A DNA stretch of 49,691 nucleotides, from positions 1 to 49,691 of the forward strand of contig JACRCW010000155.1 in NCBI GenBank assembly GCA_016218805.1, in the 5' to 3' direction. The position numbers and the translations under genes are program-made. The stretch comes from Deltaproteobacteria bacterium (GTDB lineage Bacteria > Myxococcota > JACRCW01). Positions 45,549-49,691 of this stretch are shown piece by piece; within the stretch, counting starts at the first letter, position 1, and each line of letters starts with the position of its first letter. The notes under the pieces were generated by a model. The model saw only the letters and a list, made by a program, of their open reading frames with translations, searched no databases and was not told the origin of the DNA.

Positions 45549-46265
45549 ATGGCGCTGGGGCTGACCGTTGAACTCACCCCGCCGGGGCTGGTGCCGCTCC
45601 GCCCGGTCCTGCTGTCCTGCCGCCTCATTGAGGCCGTGGACGCCCAGCTGCTGGGCGCCCTGAAGCTGGACCCGGCGCGGCACGCCTCGTTTGGCCTGGT
45701 CACCTGTGACCAGGATGACGCCACGTATGTGGCCCTGGACCACGCGACCAAGTTTGCCGACGTGGACGTGGTGTTTGCCAAGAGCTTCTACGCCGGCGCC
45801 CGGCATGCCTCCGGCCCATTCTCCGGCGAGATCCTGGGCATCCTGGCGGGCCCGGATCCCGAGGTGGTCACCGAGGGACTGTGGGCGCTGCGCGAAGGGC
45901 TGCGCGAGAGCATCTGCTTCCACACGTTTGCAGGGGCGGGTCAGCCCGCGTTCTTCGCGCACGTGATCACGCAGACGGGGCGCTACTTGCCGCCCCAGGC
46001 GGATCTCGCCCCGGGTGAGCCCATGGCCTACCTCATCGCACCACCCATTGAGTCGGTGATTGGCCTGGATGCCGCGCTCAAGGCCGCGCGGGTGCGGCTG
46101 GCCCGGCACATCCCGCCGCCGTCGGAGACCAACTTTGGTGGCGCGTACCTCGTCGGAGAGCTGGCGGAGTTGGAGGCCGCCGCGGTGGCGTTTGTGGAGG
46201 CCATCCGGGCCTTCGTGGCCGCGCCGCTCAAGGGATCGCGGCGGCCGGCGCGCCTGCGGCGCTGA
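45549..46265 (+). CDS. eutL: EutL-like tandem BMC shell protein
   Basis: DQDDATYVALDHATK, SFYAGA.HA.GP.SGE, GRYL, AYLIAPP.E, PPSETNFGGA. Confidence 0.9.
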   Translation: MALGLTVELTPPGLVPLRPVLLSCRLIEAVDAQLLGALKLDPARHASFGLVTCDQDDATYVALDHATKFADVDVVFAKSFYAGARHASGPFSGEILGILAGPDPEVVTEGLWALREGLRESICFHTFAGAGQPAFFAHVITQTGRYLPPQADLAPGEPMAYLIAPPIESVIGLDAALKAARVRLARHIPPPSETNFGGAYLVGELAELEAAAVAFVEAIRAFVAAPLKGSRRPARLRR

Positions 46266-46276
46266 TCTGGTACTCT

Positions 46277-47059
46277 ATGCGGGTCGTGCGCCGCTGGCTG
46301 CCCTTCTTCCTGTTCTCCGTCGTCACCGCGGCCATGCCCGCGCGCGCGGACGGGTTTGACCACGCCCATGAAGCCTGGACGCGCGTCTTGCGCACCCACG
46401 TGAACGAAGGCCGCGTGGCCTACACGGCGCTGCACGCGGGGGACGGCGGGAAGGCGCTGGACGCGTACCTGACGACGGTGGGCGCGGTGACACCGGCCCA
46501 GTACGCCGCGTTCACATCACCCCAGAAGCTGGCGTTCTGGATCAATGCGTACAACGCCACGTGCATCAAGAACTTTGTGTCCCGCATGCCGCTGCGCAGC
46601 GTGCAGGGGACGGGACTCAACCCGCCGGACGGAAACCGCGTGAAGGTGGCCGTGAAGGTGGAGGGCGGCGAATCCGTGTCACTGGCCGACGTGGAGCAGA
46701 AGATCCTCCCGCGCTTCAAGGACCCGCGCGCGTGGCTGGCGCTGACCTGCGGGGCGCGCGGTCACCCGCCGCTCAAGGGCACCGCCTACCGCGCGGACGT
46801 GCTGGACAGCCAGCTGGATGATGCGGCGCAGCGGTTCATTTCAGACCCGGCCCGCAACCGCGTGGACGCCGGGGCGCGGACGCTGCGGCTGGCCACGGTG
46901 TTCCAGTGGCACCGCCGCGAAATGGAAGCGGTGGGCGGCCCGCTGCCGGGCGTGGTGGCGCCGTATCTGGACGCGGACGGCTATGAGATGGCGCGCAAGT
47001 ATGGTGCCGGCGTGAAGGTGGTGTTTGAACCGTTTGAATGGGACCCCAACGGTTACTGA
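46277..47059 (+). CDS. DUF547 domain secreted protein
   Basis: FDH..W...L..HV, LAFWINAYNA, DPR..ALxC, LDxQLD, F.W. Signal peptide. Confidence 0.85.
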   Translation: MRVVRRWLPFFLFSVVTAAMPARADGFDHAHEAWTRVLRTHVNEGRVAYTALHAGDGGKALDAYLTTVGAVTPAQYAAFTSPQKLAFWINAYNATCIKNFVSRMPLRSVQGTGLNPPDGNRVKVAVKVEGGESVSLADVEQKILPRFKDPRAWLALTCGARGHPPLKGTAYRADVLDSQLDDAAQRFISDPARNRVDAGARTLRLATVFQWHRREMEAVGGPLPGVVAPYLDADGYEMARKYGAGVKVVFEPFEWDPNGY

Positions 47060-47094
47060 GGCGTGATAGCGTCCCGCCAACCCGAGGAAACCCG

Positions 47095-47772
47095 ATGAGC
47101 CAGTCGGAAGTCCCCGTCCTGCTGGGGGTCGTGCTCCCCGATCTGCGGTCGTTTGGCCTGTTGGTGCAGGAGGTTGCCAAATCTCCGTGCGTGCGCTCCA
47201 CGGAGTTCACGTTTGGGCCGCCGCTGTACAAGGGCACCCCGCAGATTGTGGGCGAACTGGGCCGCGCCTTCAGCGGCATTGACAAGTTTGATGTGTACTT
47301 CCGCAATGCACTGTTGGATGAGGCGCAGCGGCAACACCTGGCCGCGGCGTTCCGCAGGCAATACCTGGCGGCCAGGCCGCGCTCTGAGGGCCAGGACGTG
47401 TACCTGGCCAGCGGGGACGTGCTGGGGTTTGCCTTTGAGTTGCACACGCCCGGCAACTTCCCCGCGCCGGAGGCCGCCTTCCGCGCGTGCGAGGGCTTCT
47501 CGCACGACCCCGCCGTGCTGGCCGCCTGCCGCAAGCGGGACGTGGTGGCACCCAAGCTGCTGGCGGGCCGCCTCAAAGTGTTCCTGGAAGGGCCGCGCAA
47601 CACCCGCCGCCTGGAGGTGCCCGCCGTCCAGACCATGGTCACGCGCAAGGCCCTGCGGGACCCGCACGTGTTTGAGCTGGCGATCACCGGTGCGCTGCCG
47701 GGGTTGTTTGTGTGCTGCGTGGAACCGCTGGCGCGGCAGTTGGGCGGTGGGCTGGCGCTGTTGCCAGGGTGA
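47095..47772 (+). CDS. Hypothetical protein
   Basis: ATG 47095 after GAGG. Host-like codon pattern. No recognised motif. Confidence 0.7.
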   Translation: MSQSEVPVLLGVVLPDLRSFGLLVQEVAKSPCVRSTEFTFGPPLYKGTPQIVGELGRAFSGIDKFDVYFRNALLDEAQRQHLAAAFRRQYLAARPRSEGQDVYLASGDVLGFAFELHTPGNFPAPEAAFRACEGFSHDPAVLAACRKRDVVAPKLLAGRLKVFLEGPRNTRRLEVPAVQTMVTRKALRDPHVFELAITGALPGLFVCCVEPLARQLGGGLALLPG

Positions 47773-47823
47773 AACGGGGCCCCGCGCCGGCTGGCCGCGG
47801 GCACCCCTCCCTATTTGCAGTTG

Positions 47824-49383
47824 TTACGCGTGCGCGCCCATGGCGGCCTTCAGGCGCTTGTTGAACGCCCAGATGGAGCTGCCGGCAATGAGCCCCAGCA
47901 CCATCAGCAGCAGGAAGAACGCGTCCTTGGACATAGACGTGTAGAACTGCCCGATGTAGCCGGACAGCATGTTCCCGAAGAAGCTGGACATGAACCACAT
48001 GCCCATCATCATGGACACAATGCGCGTGGGCGCGACCTTGGTGACCAGCGACAGGCCGATGGGTGACAGGTAGAGCTCGCCCACGGTGAGCAGCAGCGTG
48101 CAGAACATGGGCCAGAAGATGCTGCCCTTGCCGTTGCCCACCACGCGCGCGCCCACGATCATCACGATGAACGACAGCCCCAGGATGAAGCACCCGATGG
48201 CCATCTTGGCGACGGACGAGGGCTCCTTCCCCTGCTTGCCCTGCCACACCCAGAAGCGGTCAAAGAACGGCGCCAGCAGGAAGATGAAGAACGGGTTGAT
48301 GGACTGGAACCACGTGGACGACGCCCAGGACGGCCACACCGTCTGCTCATCCGCCCAGGTCTGCATGGTGTTGCCCTGCTGCTCGTAAACCGCCCAGAAC
48401 ACCACGTTGAGCGCGCACAGGATGATGAGCGCCCAGATGCGCTGCCACTCCTCCTTGGTGAACGGCTTGTGCTCGGCGGGCTTCTGCTCGGTGACGCCCG
48501 CGGCGCCGGCCGCCTGCTTGCGCTGCAACGTGTCCGGCGCCAGCAGGCCCTGTCCCAACAGCTGCACCGCCACGCCAATGCACATCCCAATGCCCGCGGC
48601 GAAGAAGCCCCAGCGCCAGCCGTACGCCGCCGCCAGCGTCCCGCACACAAAGTTGCAGATGAACGCGCCGAGGTTGATGCCCATGTAGAAGATGGTGAAG
48701 GCGCCGTCCCGGCGGTTGTCCCCCGGCGGGTAGAGGTTGGCCACCTGCGTGGAGATGTTGGGCTTGAACAGGCCGTTGCCAATGATGAGCAGCAGCAGGC
48801 CCAGGAAGAACAGGTTCTCCGCGCCGAACAGCACCATGTTGCCGATGGCCATGATGGTGCCGCCGAGGATCACCGACCGCTTCTGGCCCAGCACCTTGTC
48901 CGCCAGGTATCCGCCCAGCAGCGGCGTGAGGTACACAAAGCCGGTGTAAAACCCGTACAACATGGACGCGTTGGGGGAGACCGCGCAGGTCTGTTCGGCG
49001 ATGCGCTGCGCGAGGTCCGCAGCGACGGGAGCAATGTTGTTGGCCGCGTCACCGGCCATCAGCGCGGCGACCTTGGGCGAAACGCACTCCTTGATGATCG
49101 TCGGGTCGGTGACGTCGACGCGGGGGAGCAGCGCCTTGATGAGGCCCCAGCCCCACACGCTGTCCGGGTTGCCTTCGCCCGTGTAGCCGCCGCCCTGCAG
49201 CGTCTGGCGCACGGTGATGAACAGGTAGTTCACCATGTACAGCTTCAGCAGCCCGCGCATCCCGTAGTAGGAGAAACGCTCCCACATCTCCGTGAAGAAC
49301 AGGACGAACAGGCCCGCAGGGTGGCCCATCAGCGTTCTGTTGGACTTGGGCCCCACCCAGGCGGGTGCAGTGTCAGTGGTCAT
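47824..49383 (-). CDS. POT/PTR family proton-dependent oligopeptide transporter
   Basis: GHPAGL, EMWERFSYYG, GNGLFKPN, FYMGINLGA, FQSINP, GELYLSPIG. Start ATG 49383. Confidence 0.95.
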   Translation of the reverse strand: MTTDTAPAWVGPKSNRTLMGHPAGLFVLFFTEMWERFSYYGMRGLLKLYMVNYLFITVRQTLQGGGYTGEGNPDSVWGWGLIKALLPRVDVTDPTIIKECVSPKVAALMAGDAANNIAPVAADLAQRIAEQTCAVSPNASMLYGFYTGFVYLTPLLGGYLADKVLGQKRSVILGGTIMAIGNMVLFGAENLFFLGLLLLIIGNGLFKPNISTQVANLYPPGDNRRDGAFTIFYMGINLGAFICNFVCGTLAAAYGWRWGFFAAGIGMCIGVAVQLLGQGLLAPDTLQRKQAAGAAGVTEQKPAEHKPFTKEEWQRIWALIILCALNVVFWAVYEQQGNTMQTWADEQTVWPSWASSTWFQSINPFFIFLLAPFFDRFWVWQGKQGKEPSSVAKMAIGCFILGLSFIVMIVGARVVGNGKGSIFWPMFCTLLLTVGELYLSPIGLSLVTKVAPTRIVSMMMGMWFMSSFFGNMLSGYIGQFYTSMSKDAFFLLLMVLGLIAGSSIWAFNKRLKAAMGAHA

Positions 49384-49464
49384 CGAGGGTTCTCCCTGAA
49401 AAGGCGCGGCACCCAAGCATGCGCGGCGGCCGCGGCGCAAGCGCGCGGGCCCTTGGGCGCATGA

Positions 49465-49496
49465 CCGGGATTCGGACAGCGGCGTCCGGAATCCGG
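49465..49496. repeat. Imperfect inverted repeat upstream of the POT gene
   Basis: CCGGGATTCGGAC-agcggc-GTCCGGAATCCGG. Confidence 0.4.
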
Positions 49497-49691
49497 CGGG
49501 GCGAATGCCGGGCACGTGCGCGGTGACGGCGGGATGTGCTTGGCGCGGAGGTTGCTCCGGCGCCCGCCGTGCCGGGCCACGTCAGTACCCGGGCGGGGGC
49601 GCGGCCGCGTCTCAAGTACGCCCGTGGGGTGGGAATCCGAGCTGCCCCGGCCAGCCGATGAGGAGACCTGTGTTCGTCTAGATCGAAACTC

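Noticed and set aside
49626..49668. Fluoride riboswitch
   Set aside because: The GCCGATGA resemblance lacks the pseudoknot complement and the GGCGAUG start.

Overview
High-GC (about 69-70% by eye) bacterial DNA, very probably Myxococcota or a related predatory deltaproteobacterium (MYXO-CTERM tail, PEGA-linked Ser/Thr kinase, Cys-rich lipoproteins). The first ~2.75 kb looks foreign. It holds a probable IS end truncating a lipoprotein-like gene, then a frameshifted HEPN(RxxxxH)-CBS gene, and it abuts an orphan, undecayed 3' fragment of rpsA with its terminator. This suggests the right junction of an element integrated inside rpsA. The rest is host-like and strongly depleted in TCGA. It contains: (1) an extracellular metal/redox cluster (CxxCH/MopE-repeat MYXO-CTERM protein, FG-GAP lipoprotein, two tandem di-haem DHOR-family lipoproteins, a Cys-repeat lipoprotein with a ligand-stripped Cu/Zn-SOD insert); (2) TPR-PEGA, kinase, kdd and DUF1178; (3) a ~5100-aa protein with 18 DUF11-type repeats, two OmpA-like domains and a C-terminal beta-barrel, followed by three Ig-fold lipoproteins; (4) DUF885, DUF4846, YtkA plus a beta-barrel, a PilT paralogue plus a cNMP-binding protein, FKBP, eutB-eutC-eutL, DUF547, a hypothetical gene and a POT peptide transporter. 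No rRNA, tRNA or CRISPR array was seen. Family calls come from motif recognition by eye, not database searches.
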